The position numbers and the translations under genes were made by a program. This document shows positions 54,546 through 64,000 of a DNA stretch of 64,000 nt, in pieces. The notes below the pieces were generated by a model. It ran no database searches and was not told the origin of the DNA. It worked only from the letters and a program-made list of their open reading frames with translations. The DNA is taken from positions 1,760,001-1,824,000 of the forward strand of contig OY729431.1 of the NCBI GenBank assembly GCA_963422395.1, in the 5' to 3' direction. Position 1 is the stretch's first letter. Each line of letters begins with the position of its first letter. Source of the DNA: Vicinamibacteria bacterium. Its GTDB lineage: Bacteria; Acidobacteriota; Vicinamibacteria; Marinacidobacterales; Marinacidobacteraceae.

Positions 54546-55175
54546 ATGCCCGCCATCAGCGCTCAGGAAGTCAAGAAGCTTCGAGATCAGACCGGCGCCG
54601 GCTTCGCAGATTGCAAGAATGCGCTAGTCGAAGCCGACGGGGACTTCGCCGCCGCCGTCCGCATCCTGCGCGAGAAGGGCGCCGCTGCCGCCGAAAAACG
54701 CTCCGGCCGGACCACCGGCGAGGGGATCGTCCATTCCTACATCCACGACCGCCGGATCGGAGTGATGGTCGAGCTGGCCTGCGAAACCGATTTCGTGGCG
54801 CGCAACGAGAAGTTTCGTGAACTGGCGAACGACATCGCGATCCACATCGCCTGCGGCTACCCAGCTCCGGCCCGCTGGGTAGCGCGCGAGGAGGTGCCCG
54901 AGGAAGTGATCCGCGACGAAACGGAGCTGATCCGGTTGCAACTCGCGAACGACCCGAAGAACGCGCGCAAGCCGCCCGCAGTCCTCGAACGGATCGTCGC
55001 CGGCAAGATCGAGAAATTCCTCTCCGACCGGATTCTCATGGAGCAGCTGTACGCTCTCGACGATTCGAAGAAGACGAGCATTCAGGACCTCGTGCTCCAG
55101 ACCGCACAGTCGACCGGCGAGAACATCCGGGTCCGTCGTTTCGTCAAGTTCGAGCGGGGCGCGGACCTCGGCTGA
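54546..55175 (+). CDS. tsf: Elongation factor Ts (short form)
   Basis: VKKLRDQTGAG..DCK.AL; ACETDFVARN; RBS AGGAGG. Confidence 0.96.
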   Translation: MPAISAQEVKKLRDQTGAGFADCKNALVEADGDFAAAVRILREKGAAAAEKRSGRTTGEGIVHSYIHDRRIGVMVELACETDFVARNEKFRELANDIAIHIACGYPAPARWVAREEVPEEVIRDETELIRLQLANDPKNARKPPAVLERIVAGKIEKFLSDRILMEQLYALDDSKKTSIQDLVLQTAQSTGENIRVRRFVKFERGADLG

Positions 55176-55203
55176 CCGGACGGCCCCCTCCGAGGATCCC
55201 GTC

Positions 55204-55992
55204 TTGACCGGGCCGCGACGGGCGCTCCTCAAGCTGTCCGGGCAGGCGCTGCAAGGGTCCGAGTCGTCGGGGATCTCTACCCAAGCGATCGAGCGTATGG
55301 CCGGGGCGATCGCCGAAATCCACCGCGACGGGATCGAAATCGCCTGTGTGATCGGCGGCGGCAACATCTTCCGGGGTTTCGCCGCCGAAGCGCGGGGCAT
55401 GGACCGGGTCACTGCGGATTCCATGGGGATGCTCGCCACCCTCATCAACGCCCTCGCCATGCAAGAGGCACTCGAGAGGCTCGATTGCGAGACCCGGGTG
55501 ATGTCGGCCATCACGGTCCGGCAGGTCGCCGAGCCCTTCATCCGGCGCCGAGCACTGCGCCATCTCGAAAAGGGGCGTATCGTGGTGTTCGCCGCCGGAA
55601 CCGGTAATCCCTACTTCTCGACCGACACCGCCGCCGCACTCCGTGCTGCCGAGATCCGGGCCGAGGTTCTGATCAAGGCCACCCGGGTCCCCGGAGTCTT
55701 CACCGGCGATCCGGAACAGGATCCCGAAGCTCGACCGATCCGCCGGCTGAGCTATTTGGAGGCAATTCGCCAGGAACTCCGTTTCATGGACACGACGGCG
55801 ATCTCGCTATGCATGGAGAACGACCTGCCGATCATCGTCTGTCACCTGGACGATCTGCGACGGGCCGCCCACGGTGACGGGGTCGGCACTCGCGTGGCCG
55901 GGCGCGACCGCGGACAGCGCATGACAACCGAGGACGAAGCCGCGCAGTGTCCGACCGGCAGTTGCGCCCGCACCTCTTCATCCACAGGCTGA
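55204..55992 (+). CDS. pyrH: UMP kinase
   Basis: LLKLSG, IGGGNIFRG, GTGNPYFSTDTAAALRA motifs. Confidence 0.96.
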   Translation: MTGPRRALLKLSGQALQGSESSGISTQAIERMAGAIAEIHRDGIEIACVIGGGNIFRGFAAEARGMDRVTADSMGMLATLINALAMQEALERLDCETRVMSAITVRQVAEPFIRRRALRHLEKGRIVVFAAGTGNPYFSTDTAAALRAAEIRAEVLIKATRVPGVFTGDPEQDPEARPIRRLSYLEAIRQELRFMDTTAISLCMENDLPIIVCHLDDLRRAAHGDGVGTRVAGRDRGQRMTTEDEAAQCPTGSCARTSSSTG

Positions 55993-56010
55993 TATCCAGG
56001 AGGAAAGAGC

Positions 56011-56568
56011 ATGCCTCACGAAATCCTCGACGAGCTGAACCGCCGAATGGGCAAGACGGTGGAGATCTTCGAACGCGAGCTGGCGTCGGTGCGCACCGGC
56101 CGGGCATCGGTGGCGCTGCTGGATTCGGTCCGGGTGGAGTACTACGGACAGCTCCTCCCCCTCCATCAGCTCGCCTCCCTCAAGACGCCTGACGCCAGCA
56201 CCATCGTGGTGCAGCCCTGGGAGAAGAACATGCTGCAGCCAGTGGACCGGGCGATCCGGGCGGCGGGCCTCGACCTGAACCCCACCTCGGACGGCACGGT
56301 ACTGCGGATCCCGATTCCCCCGCTCAGCCAGGAGCGGCGCCAGCAGCTCGCCCGCAACATCTCCCGGATGGCCGAGGAGCACAAGAATGCCCTCCGCCAG
56401 GTGCGGCGCGACGCGAACCACCAACTCAAGAAGCTGGCGAGGGACAAGGAACTCTCCGAAGACCTCGAGCACGACCTCGAACGGGAAGCGCAGAAGGCGA
56501 CGGACATCCATGTGAAACGCGTCGAGGACATCGCCGCACGCAAAGAAGCCAGCATCCTCTCCGTGTAG
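56011..56568 (+). CDS. frr: Ribosome recycling factor
   Basis: RTGRAS, LNPTSDG, PPLSQERR motifs. Confidence 0.96.
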   Translation: MPHEILDELNRRMGKTVEIFERELASVRTGRASVALLDSVRVEYYGQLLPLHQLASLKTPDASTIVVQPWEKNMLQPVDRAIRAAGLDLNPTSDGTVLRIPIPPLSQERRQQLARNISRMAEEHKNALRQVRRDANHQLKKLARDKELSEDLEHDLEREAQKATDIHVKRVEDIAARKEASILSV

Positions 56569-56582
56569 GGCAGTAGGAACCC

Positions 56583-57785
56583 ATGAGCCGCTATTCCTTC
56601 CTCTCTCATCTGGAGTGTTCCCGCACCGGAAAGCGCCATGACGCTTCCACGGCACAGAACCTCTCAGCCGAGAAGCATCCCCTGCTCGCGCGCTACGACC
56701 TCGAAGCGGCAGCGCCCACCTTCACTCCCTCTTCGTTGCGCGGCCGCCCCTTCGATCTTTGGCGTTACCACGAGGTCCTGCCGATCCACGAAGAGCGTCA
56801 TTGCATCAAGCTCGGCGAGGGGGGAACGCCGCTCCACCGGGCGCGCCGGCTCGAAGCCGAACTCGATCTCGGCGAGCTGCACCTCAAAGACGAAGGGATG
56901 AATCCCACCGGCAGCTTCAAGGATCGGGGGCTGTGCCTCGCGGTGTCCGCCGCCTGGCAGCTCGGTCTCGACGGCGTGGCGCTCCCCTCCGCAGGAAATG
57001 CCGGCGGCGCCGCAGCGGCCTATGCGGCGCGCGCAGGTATGGATTGCGTGGTAGCGGTCCCGCAGGACTGCCCCGAGGTGAATCGAATCGAGGCATCGGT
57101 GTACGGCGCGGAGATCCATCCGGTGGACGGATTGATCTCCGACGCCGGGCGGCTCATCGCAGCGATGGCGGAAGAGCGCGGCCTGTTCGAAGTGGCCACT
57201 CTCAAGGAGCCGTACCGGATCGAGGGAAAGAAAACGATGGCCTACGAGGTGTTCGAACAGCTCGGGCGGCTGCCCGAGGTCATGCTCTATCCGACCGGCG
57301 GCGGCACCGGGCTCATCGGGATGTGGAAAGCGTTCGATGAGATGGAGCGCCTCGGTTGGATCGGCGCCGAACGGCCGCGCATGATCTCGGTCCAGGCTGA
57401 AGGTTGTGCGCCGATTCCGCGCGCTTTCGAGGAGGGCGCCGAATCCTCGACGATGTGGGAGAACGCGAGTACGGTGGCTTCCGGACTTCGGGTTCCCAAA
57501 GCGATCGGCGACTTCCTGATCCTGCGGGCAGTGCGCGAAAGCGGGGGGGTCGCGATCGCTGTCTCCGACGAAGAACTGATGCGCGATGCGCGCCGGATCG
57601 CTGCTGTCGAAGGCATCTTCGCCGCCCCCGAAGGGGGTGCCTGCCTTGCCGCGCTGCGCCGGCTGCGGGAATCGGGACGAGTTTCCCGCGACGAAACGGT
57701 AGTGCTCTTCAACACCGGCACCGGCGCCAAGTATGTCGAGGCCTTCCGAAGCCCGGGCGCCGCCTCGGCAGGCTCCGCACGGTAG
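56583..57785 (+). CDS. thrC: Threonine synthase
   Basis: [34 protein letters not shown] motifs. Confidence 0.88.
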   Translation: MSRYSFLSHLECSRTGKRHDASTAQNLSAEKHPLLARYDLEAAAPTFTPSSLRGRPFDLWRYHEVLPIHEERHCIKLGEGGTPLHRARRLEAELDLGELHLKDEGMNPTGSFKDRGLCLAVSAAWQLGLDGVALPSAGNAGGAAAAYAARAGMDCVVAVPQDCPEVNRIEASVYGAEIHPVDGLISDAGRLIAAMAEERGLFEVATLKEPYRIEGKKTMAYEVFEQLGRLPEVMLYPTGGGTGLIGMWKAFDEMERLGWIGAERPRMISVQAEGCAPIPRAFEEGAESSTMWENASTVASGLRVPKAIGDFLILRAVRESGGVAIAVSDEELMRDARRIAAVEGIFAAPEGGACLAALRRLRESGRVSRDETVVLFNTGTGAKYVEAFRSPGAASAGSAR

Positions 57786-57899
57786 GCCGACCCAAAGCAC
57801 CTCTTACATTCTGCTCTGATTGCGCTGCGACGAGTGGAAACCCGCCGGCGGCCCGAGGACCGGCACACCACTGTCGGTGGTCTCGAAGTGAATTCCCGA

Positions 57900-59432
57900 A
57901 TGCCCTCCGCCCTCGCCGCCGCCGCGCTACTCCTCATCGGACTCCCGTTGGCAGCAGTCGGGAACCCTTCGGGTCAGGCCGCCGACTCGGCGGCGAACTG
58001 GCCCCGGTTCCGAGGGCCCGACTCGAACCCGGTGGGCACCCATCCGGACCTTCCGCTCCGCTGGTCCGGGACCGAGAACATCGAGTGGGCGGCAGAGGTT
58101 TTGGGGGTGGGCTGGTCTTCGCCGGTCGTCTGGGGGAAACGGGTCTTCCTCACTTCGGCTGCCAGCCAGCAGGCGATGAAAGGCCCGTCACTCGGCACCG
58201 ACTTCGGCAATGACTACCTCGCCGAACTGCAAGAAGAGGGTCTCGCCCCCGAAGAGATGACCGCCCGGCTGTACGACCGCGATCGGGAGATGCCCCACGA
58301 GATCGTCATCAGCCTCCATCTCCACTGCCTCGATCTGGATTCGGGGAAGATCCTCTGGACGCGAGAGATCTATCGTGGACAGCCGCGTGGCGGGCGCCAC
58401 CGCAAGAACAGCTACGCATCGGAGACTCCGGTGACCGATGGCGAGCGCGTCTATGCGTACTTCACCCACCACGGACTCTTCGCGTTCGATCTGGAAGGCA
58501 CCCCGGCCTGGGAGACGCCGCTTTCGCCGCGGCCAACAGTGCGGGACTTCGGGGTCGGCGCCTCGCCCGCGCTTCACGGAGAGCGCCTCTATGTCCTGAA
58601 CGACAACGAAGAGGCGGGTTTCCTCGCCGCGTTCGACAAGCGGACCGGCGCCGAAATCTGGCGCACCGACCGAGAGATCACCGAGCGCCGAAAAACGGGC
58701 TGGTCCACTCCCTTCGTCTGGGACAACGAGATCCGCAGCGAGATCGTGACCGTGGGGCCGGGTATCGTGATCAGTTACGACCTCGACGGCCGCGCCGCCT
58801 GGCATCTGAAACGCATGGCCGGAACGCCGATCCAGAGTCCGTTCGCCTGGGAAGGTCGCCTCTTCGTCACCGCCGGAGCCTCCGGCGGTCGATTCCGGCC
58901 GCTGGCCGCCATCCGCCCAGGGGGCTCGGGGGACATCACCCCGCCCGAGGGCGAGACCCGAAGCGCCCATGTCGCCTGGTACGACCGCCTCGCCGGCGGG
59001 ACCTATCTGCCGACGCCGGTCCTCTACGACAGCGCGCTATACGTGCTGTACTCGCGGGGGATCTTCGCCCGCCACGACCCGGAAACCGGTGAACGCGCCT
59101 ATCGATCGCGCATCGCCGATGGCGCCGCCGCATTCACTGCGTCACCTTGGGCCTACAACGGACATGTGTTCGCGCTGGGGGAAGAAGGGGACACCTATGT
59201 GATCGAGGCGGGCGACGAATACCGGCTGGTCGGGGTGAACACCCTCCACGACTGGACCCTCGCATCTCCGGCGATCGTCGGAGATCGCCTCCTGATCCGC
59301 ACCCAGAGCCGCCTCTACTCGATCCGCAAGCACAGCCCCGACCCGATACCCCCTGAGGAGGATTCCAGAAGAACCTCGGGCGCAGAGAGTCTTCTCCCGC
59401 CCTCCGACCACCAGCGACATCCACCTCGGTGA
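57900..59432 (+). CDS. Secreted PQQ-binding-like beta-propeller protein
   Basis: [36 protein letters not shown] repeats. Confidence 0.85.
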   Translation: MPSALAAAALLLIGLPLAAVGNPSGQAADSAANWPRFRGPDSNPVGTHPDLPLRWSGTENIEWAAEVLGVGWSSPVVWGKRVFLTSAASQQAMKGPSLGTDFGNDYLAELQEEGLAPEEMTARLYDRDREMPHEIVISLHLHCLDLDSGKILWTREIYRGQPRGGRHRKNSYASETPVTDGERVYAYFTHHGLFAFDLEGTPAWETPLSPRPTVRDFGVGASPALHGERLYVLNDNEEAGFLAAFDKRTGAEIWRTDREITERRKTGWSTPFVWDNEIRSEIVTVGPGIVISYDLDGRAAWHLKRMAGTPIQSPFAWEGRLFVTAGASGGRFRPLAAIRPGGSGDITPPEGETRSAHVAWYDRLAGGTYLPTPVLYDSALYVLYSRGIFARHDPETGERAYRSRIADGAAAFTASPWAYNGHVFALGEEGDTYVIEAGDEYRLVGVNTLHDWTLASPAIVGDRLLIRTQSRLYSIRKHSPDPIPPEEDSRRTSGAESLLPPSDHQRHPPR

Positions 59433-60161
59433 CCCAACGATTCCTCTTGGCCATCCTATGGAGGAGAAGCATTAAGGTGAGGTCCTCTATCACTGTACGT
59501 TCCGCTTGTATTTCGGCGGAACCAACGCAGCGAGCGGGTCCCATTCTCGGCCTGCGGTCGGTCGATTCGCCACACGCGGCGGTCGTAAATCGCCTAGATT
59601 CAACGAGTTACGGCAGGCGGAGCGTATGCCTGCGGTATGCGTCCGGGCGGGAGGTCGAGTGGCCCGGCGGTTGCGGGGAGGCGGTGCGGTGCGCTTTCCC
59701 GGCGGGTAGTCAAACTAGACGCTCTGCAGCGAAAGGCGCCTATAACCATAGAGTTGCGTGTTGCGGGTCAAGCGGCGCCTGCTGGTTCGGTGGTTCGGTG
59801 CGGTCCTGGTCGGGTCCGCCCCCTGTTCGGACACACACCGAAAATGTCCGCAATGCGTCCGGATGGAGCCCCCACTGAACATTCCTGTTCTCGGCAAGAA
59901 GCTTTGCCCAAGAGGAGGTCGGGGTCGGTTCAACACGGCCCCCCGCGCGCGTAGGACGCTCTCTAACGGCGCGGCGGCGGCGGGGTATTTAGGGTCGGGG
60001 TAGGTGCTCGGAAGCGATTCCAGGGCGGTTCTGGCGCGTCGAATCGGCGCGAATCGGTCAGCGTCGGGCGGAACCAGCGTCTGGCGGGTTGAGGTCGAGC
60101 ATTCGAGAATCCGGCCCGGCCCCCCATATCGGCGAGGGTCCGGGCGGATTCTCGGGCGGTT

Positions 60162-60296
60162 CTAATCGTCACATCCCCATTCTCTGCGTTCCTGCCGTAT
60201 GAGTCGGTCGGCTTCACGATATTCCCAGCGAATCCAGGCATTCAAGAAGAGGAAAGTCACCACAGAACTCACGAGGAAAAGAAAGAGCACACTCAT
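60162..60296 (-). CDS. Putative 44-aa single-TM membrane peptide
   Basis: MSVLFLFLVSSVVTFLFLNAWIRWEYREADRLIRQERREWGCDD; ATG sits 1 nt after the integrase stop. Confidence 0.45.
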   Translation of the reverse strand: MSVLFLFLVSSVVTFLFLNAWIRWEYREADRLIRQERREWGCDD

Positions 60297-60297
60297 T

Positions 60298-60756
60298 TCA
60301 GCGTCCGTAGCGGTAGCGCGCGACAGCGGACTGGCCGGCGGCGATCTTCGCGGTGTAGCGCGCGACCATCTTCGGGTCGGCCCAGCGGCCCGACTGCTGG
60401 ATCGCTGCGGTTCCGGCCCCTGCGATAGCCAGTTCTTGGGCGGTCCCTACCCGGAGGCCGTGCGAAGAGGCATCTTCGATGCCGGCGGCGGCGGCCCGTT
60501 TCCTGATGACGCGGTGAATCTGCGATGGCGAGAGTCCGAAGATCGGCGCGTCCTGGTCCGTAGCGTCCGGGCGGATGGCGGCGATTGCCTTCGCGGTTTC
60601 GATGCCGATGTAGAGCACCGCCCCCCGTCCTTCCTGGTCGGACTTGGAGCGGCGAACGGTGAGCCTGCCGGAGCCGTCTTCGGCGCGCTCGAAGTCGGCC
60701 CAGCGGACGGCGGACGCTTCCGAACGGCGGAGAAGCGCATCGCTCATACACTCCAT
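60298..60756 (-). pseudogene. Cre-like tyrosine recombinase, C-terminal catalytic fragment
   Basis: LLRRSE, RRSKSDQEG, SHGLRVG, GRW...MVARY; N-terminal half missing. Confidence 0.85.
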
Positions 60757-60779
60757 TATATGTCAAATTCAGTCACCTC

Positions 60780-61165
60780 TGTTCTGCCTCTCGATTTTCG
60801 GACATGTGATTGCGGGAAATCACGCGGCATCGGCAAGGGGTTGGAGGTCGCGCCGGACCTGTGCGGGGGAGCGGAATCCATGACGCTCGACGAGCCAGTG
60901 TTCGTCGTAGTGGACGCGCCACTCCGGAGCGCGCGATTCAGATCTTGGACGGTGTCGAAGTCGCGGACCCACAGGAGCTGTTCTCTCGGGGTCGGATGAA
61001 GCGCTCGGCGACCCCGTTGCTCTGGGGTTCGCGGACGAAGGCGGGGCTGCCCTGGATGCCGAGGAAGGCGAGTTCCTGTTGGAAGTTGCGGCTCAGGTAC
61101 TGGGGGCCTGGTCGTGGCGGACGCTGAGGCCGCGGACGATGTCGGGGGCTGATCAGCCGCGATCC
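60780..61165 (-). mobile_element. IS3-family remnant (frameshifted integrase core plus right IR)
   Basis: Across frames: GLSVRHD.GPQY, FLGIQGSPAFVREPQSNGVAERFIR, EQLLW, WLVERHGFRSP. End reads TGTCCGAAAATCGAGAGGCAGAACA on the minus strand (60780-60804). Confidence 0.8.
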
Positions 61166-61185
61166 TCGCCCGTGGCCTAAAAAAC

Positions 61186-61415
61186 ACCTGTTGCGACCGA
61201 GCTTCCCGCTCGGGCGCGGCGCAGCGGGGGAATGTGTGAAAGGGGGTCTACCCCCTTTCACAGAATAGTGACCCAGAATCCGAGCTCGCTGCCTCCGGCA
61301 GCAGTTCGGATTCCCGGCGCGGAGCGCCGGGCGGTTCGGGGTGGGGCGTCCCCCTCTTCCCACGAGAGCGCGAAACCCAACCCTGCATCACGCCCCGCCC
61401 CCGGAGCGCTCAGCC
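61186..61415 (+). repeat. Structured ~230-nt dispersed element, copy 2
   Basis: Matches 52273-52505; its end overlaps the P-type ATPase stop codon. Confidence 0.85.
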
Positions 61416-63614
61416 CGAACTCAGCCGCAAGGCGTTCAACACGACCGAGATCGAGGAAAACGCCATCGCCGCAGCCGCGATCTCGGGCGAGAGGAGCATC
61501 CCGGTCGCCGGATAGAAGACGCCGGCGGCGAGCGGAATCGCCGCGATGTTGTAGGCGAACGCCCAGAACAGATTCTGGCGGATCACCCGCAGCGACCGCC
61601 GCGCGAGCCGCACCGCGGTGCTGACCAGCCGCAGATCGGGCCGCATCAGGGTTACCGCCGCGGCTTCGCGGGCCACTTCGGTTCCCTCGGCGAGAGCGAT
61701 CCCGACATCGGCCCGGGCCAGCGCCGGAGCGTCGTTGATCCCATCTCCCACCATCGCCACCGGCCCGTATTCCGCCCGCAGTCGATCGATCGCGGCGAGC
61801 TTCGCGGCAGGAAGCAGACCGCCCGCGGTCCGGCGGATCCCGACCGCGGCGCCGGTGGCGGCGACCGCCGCCGGTTCGTCTCCCGAAAGGAGCGCGGCGG
61901 GAAGCCCGTCCTCAGCGAGACGGCGCACCAGTTCGGAGGCCTCGGGACGCGGCCGGTCCCGGAAGCCGATGGCTCCGACATGTTCGGAACCGCAGATCAC
62001 TTGCAACCAGCCGGACGCCCCATCGCCTTCACGCGGTTCCGGCGGTTCGAAACCCCGCTCCCGGGCGAGCCGCCTGCTCCCCACCCAGACGATCTCCCCT
62101 CCTTCGAGGGTCGCTGCCACCCCGCGGCCCGGCAGCGCCTCGAAGCGGCGAAGCGGCGAAAGCGAAATCCCCTCGCAGCGCGCGAAGGCGACGAGTGCGG
62201 CCCCGAGAGGATGCTCGGATCCCTGCTCGGCCGATGCCGCGAGCCGCAGGAGCTCGTCCCGGGCGGTCGCTGCGCCGGGCGAAACCGTCACCACTTCCGG
62301 CTCGCCGGCGGTCACCGTGCCGGTCTTGTCGAGCCCGATCGCCCGCACCGCGGCGAGTCCTTCGAGAGCGCTTCCGGAACGGAAGAGAATCCCCTGCCGG
62401 GCGCTTCGCCCGGTGGCCACCAGTACCGCGATCGGCGCCGCGAGCCCGAGGGCGCAGGGACAGGAGACCACCAGCACCGCCACGCTGCGCGAGAGGGCGA
62501 AGCTGCCGCTGCTCCCGGCGAAGAGCCACACCACCGCGGTCGCCGCCGCTACCACCATCACCACCGGAACGAAGACGGACGCCACCCGGTCGGCGGCGCG
62601 CTGGATGGGCACCTTTTCCGCCTGGGCCCGCCTCACCGCCGACGCGATCCGGGAGAGGGTGCTTTCCGACGCCGCACGGGAGACTTCGACCTCGATCGCC
62701 CCGGTGAGATTCCTCGCGCCGGCGATGACCGCGTCGGACACCGTTCGCTCCACGGGAATGCTCTCCCCGCTGACCAGGGATTCGTCCATCGCCGCCCCGC
62801 CCCGCACGATCCGGCCGTCGAGCGGGACTCGCTCCCCGGGCCGCACCAGGATGCGCTCTCCCACCGCTACCGCGGCCACCTCGACCAGCACTTCGCTGTC
62901 CGCGCGCAACACTCGAGCCCGATCGGGGGCGATGGCGAGCAGCCGCCGGAGCGCTTCGGAGGCTCGTCCTCGGGCCCGGTCTTCGAGCCACCGGCCGAGG
63001 CGGACGATGGCGACGACGATCGCCGCGGTATCGAAGAACAGTGGCCCGGCGGGACCGCCGCCCGCGAGCTGGAGGGTCGAAGCGAACCAGGCGGTTCCGG
63101 CGCCCAGCCCGATCAGGCTGTCCATGCCGAAGACCCGGTGCCGGATCGCCGCCGCGAGCGCCGCGGCAAAGCCGCGTCCGGCGAATCCGAGCACCGTCGT
63201 GGCCAGCAGGAACTGGAGGACCCGCCCGGCGCCGCTCGCCCCGAAGCCGCTCATCGCCACCGCCATCGCGAGCGCTGCGAGGCCGAGCGCGATTCCCACC
63301 GGAGCGAAGCCCCGGGCCGAATGCGGCTCCGGCGAGAACGATTCCTCGGGCCCTTCGCAGACCAGCCGGTACGGGCCCGCGGCGGCCACCGCTTCGGCGA
63401 CTCCGGCGGGGGGAGCGGTTCCGGCCCCTCCGTTCGGCGGCGAACCGGCGGCGAATCGGACCGAGAGGCCTCCGTTGGCGAGGTTCACCCGGGCGCTCTC
63501 CACTCCGGAAACCCTACCCACCGACTTCTCGATACTCGCCACGCAGCCGGCGCAGTGCATGCCCTCGATGCGGGCTTCGAAGTGCGTTTCGGAGGCGGCT
63601 GCAGGCGGGTCCAT
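61410..63614 (-). CDS. copA: Cu(I)-type P1B heavy-metal ATPase
   Basis: GMHCAGC, SGES, CPCALGLA, DKTGT, SEHPLG, GDGINDAPAL, AYN, MAFSS motifs. Confidence 0.9.
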   Translation of the reverse strand: MDPPAAASETHFEARIEGMHCAGCVASIEKSVGRVSGVESARVNLANGGLSVRFAAGSPPNGGAGTAPPAGVAEAVAAAGPYRLVCEGPEESFSPEPHSARGFAPVGIALGLAALAMAVAMSGFGASGAGRVLQFLLATTVLGFAGRGFAAALAAAIRHRVFGMDSLIGLGAGTAWFASTLQLAGGGPAGPLFFDTAAIVVAIVRLGRWLEDRARGRASEALRRLLAIAPDRARVLRADSEVLVEVAAVAVGERILVRPGERVPLDGRIVRGGAAMDESLVSGESIPVERTVSDAVIAGARNLTGAIEVEVSRAASESTLSRIASAVRRAQAEKVPIQRAADRVASVFVPVVMVVAAATAVVWLFAGSSGSFALSRSVAVLVVSCPCALGLAAPIAVLVATGRSARQGILFRSGSALEGLAAVRAIGLDKTGTVTAGEPEVVTVSPGAATARDELLRLAASAEQGSEHPLGAALVAFARCEGISLSPLRRFEALPGRGVAATLEGGEIVWVGSRRLARERGFEPPEPREGDGASGWLQVICGSEHVGAIGFRDRPRPEASELVRRLAEDGLPAALLSGDEPAAVAATGAAVGIRRTAGGLLPAAKLAAIDRLRAEYGPVAMVGDGINDAPALARADVGIALAEGTEVAREAAAVTLMRPDLRLVSTAVRLARRSLRVIRQNLFWAFAYNIAAIPLAAGVFYPATGMLLSPEIAAAAMAFSSISVVLNALRLSSG

Positions 63615-63679
63615 GCCGTGCGAATTTAGCCTCGAGCCGCCGAAAGCCCCGGTGGGAGCCCGGCTACAATCGCTCGCCC

Positions 63680-64000
63680 TTGCCCGTCCGTCCAATCCTG
63701 CGTTACGGGGCGCCGCCGCTCACCACGCCCTCGGTTCCCATCGAGGACTTCAGCCGAGACTGGAAAAAGCTCTCGGAAGACATGACCGCCACGATGTACG
63801 CCGCACCCGGAGTCGGTCTGGCGGCGCCCCAGATCGGCGTGAATGTGCGGCTCATCGTGATCGACATCACGGTGGGAGAGGAGGATGGATGCCTCATCGT
63901 GATGGCGAACCCGGAGATCCTGGAGAGCGACGGCCGCCAGGCCGAAGAAGAAGGCTGCCTCTCGGTGCCCGGGTACGCCGGGGTGACGCGGCGGCCGGGG
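63680..64000 (+). CDS. def: Peptide deformylase (3' end runs off the window)
   Basis: Manual translation from TTG 63680: LPVRPILRYG...GVGLAAPQIG...NPEI...EEGCLSVPG; TACAAT -10 box at 63665. Confidence 0.93.
   Translation, partial: MPVRPILRYGAPPLTTPSVPIEDFSRDWKKLSEDMTATMYAAPGVGLAAPQIGVNVRLIVIDITVGEEDGCLIVMANPEILESDGRQAEEEGCLSVPGYAGVTRRPG

Noticed and set aside
59433-60297. CRISPR array or tRNA in the long intergenic region
   Set aside because: No periodic repeats and no cloverleaf or T-loop motif found by eye.

Overview
High-GC bacterial chromosomal segment. The rplM-rpsI-rpsB-tsf-pyrH-frr order and the many secreted hydrolases suggest Acidobacteriota (inference). Most of the window is housekeeping or metabolic: fumC, GH63 and GH2 glycosidases, ygfZ, rmuC, ppk1, an ABC transporter, glpK, peptidases, the translation operon, thrC, a CopA-type ATPase and def. 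Two accessory regions stand out. (1) About 16.3-29.9 kb is a layered defence hotspot. It holds a truncated type III-B cas10/cmr2, a relic hsdM start, an intact type I R-M system with the PrrC anticodon nuclease (hsdR-hsdS-prrC-hsdM), an IS1182-family element, a solitary 37-nt type III-like CRISPR repeat, a duplicated ygfZ 3' fragment starting inside the KGCYIGQE motif, an antitoxin/PIN pair, a second partial repeat, and an intact orphan cas6 coupled to a metal/heme operon. No CRISPR array is present. (2) About 59.4-61.4 kb is a pile of mobile-element relics: a Cre-like integrase fragment, an IS3 fragment and a 44-aa membrane peptide. An unnamed ~230-nt multi-hairpin element with compensatory base changes occurs twice, at 52273-52505 (abutting the rplM promoter) and at 61186-61415.
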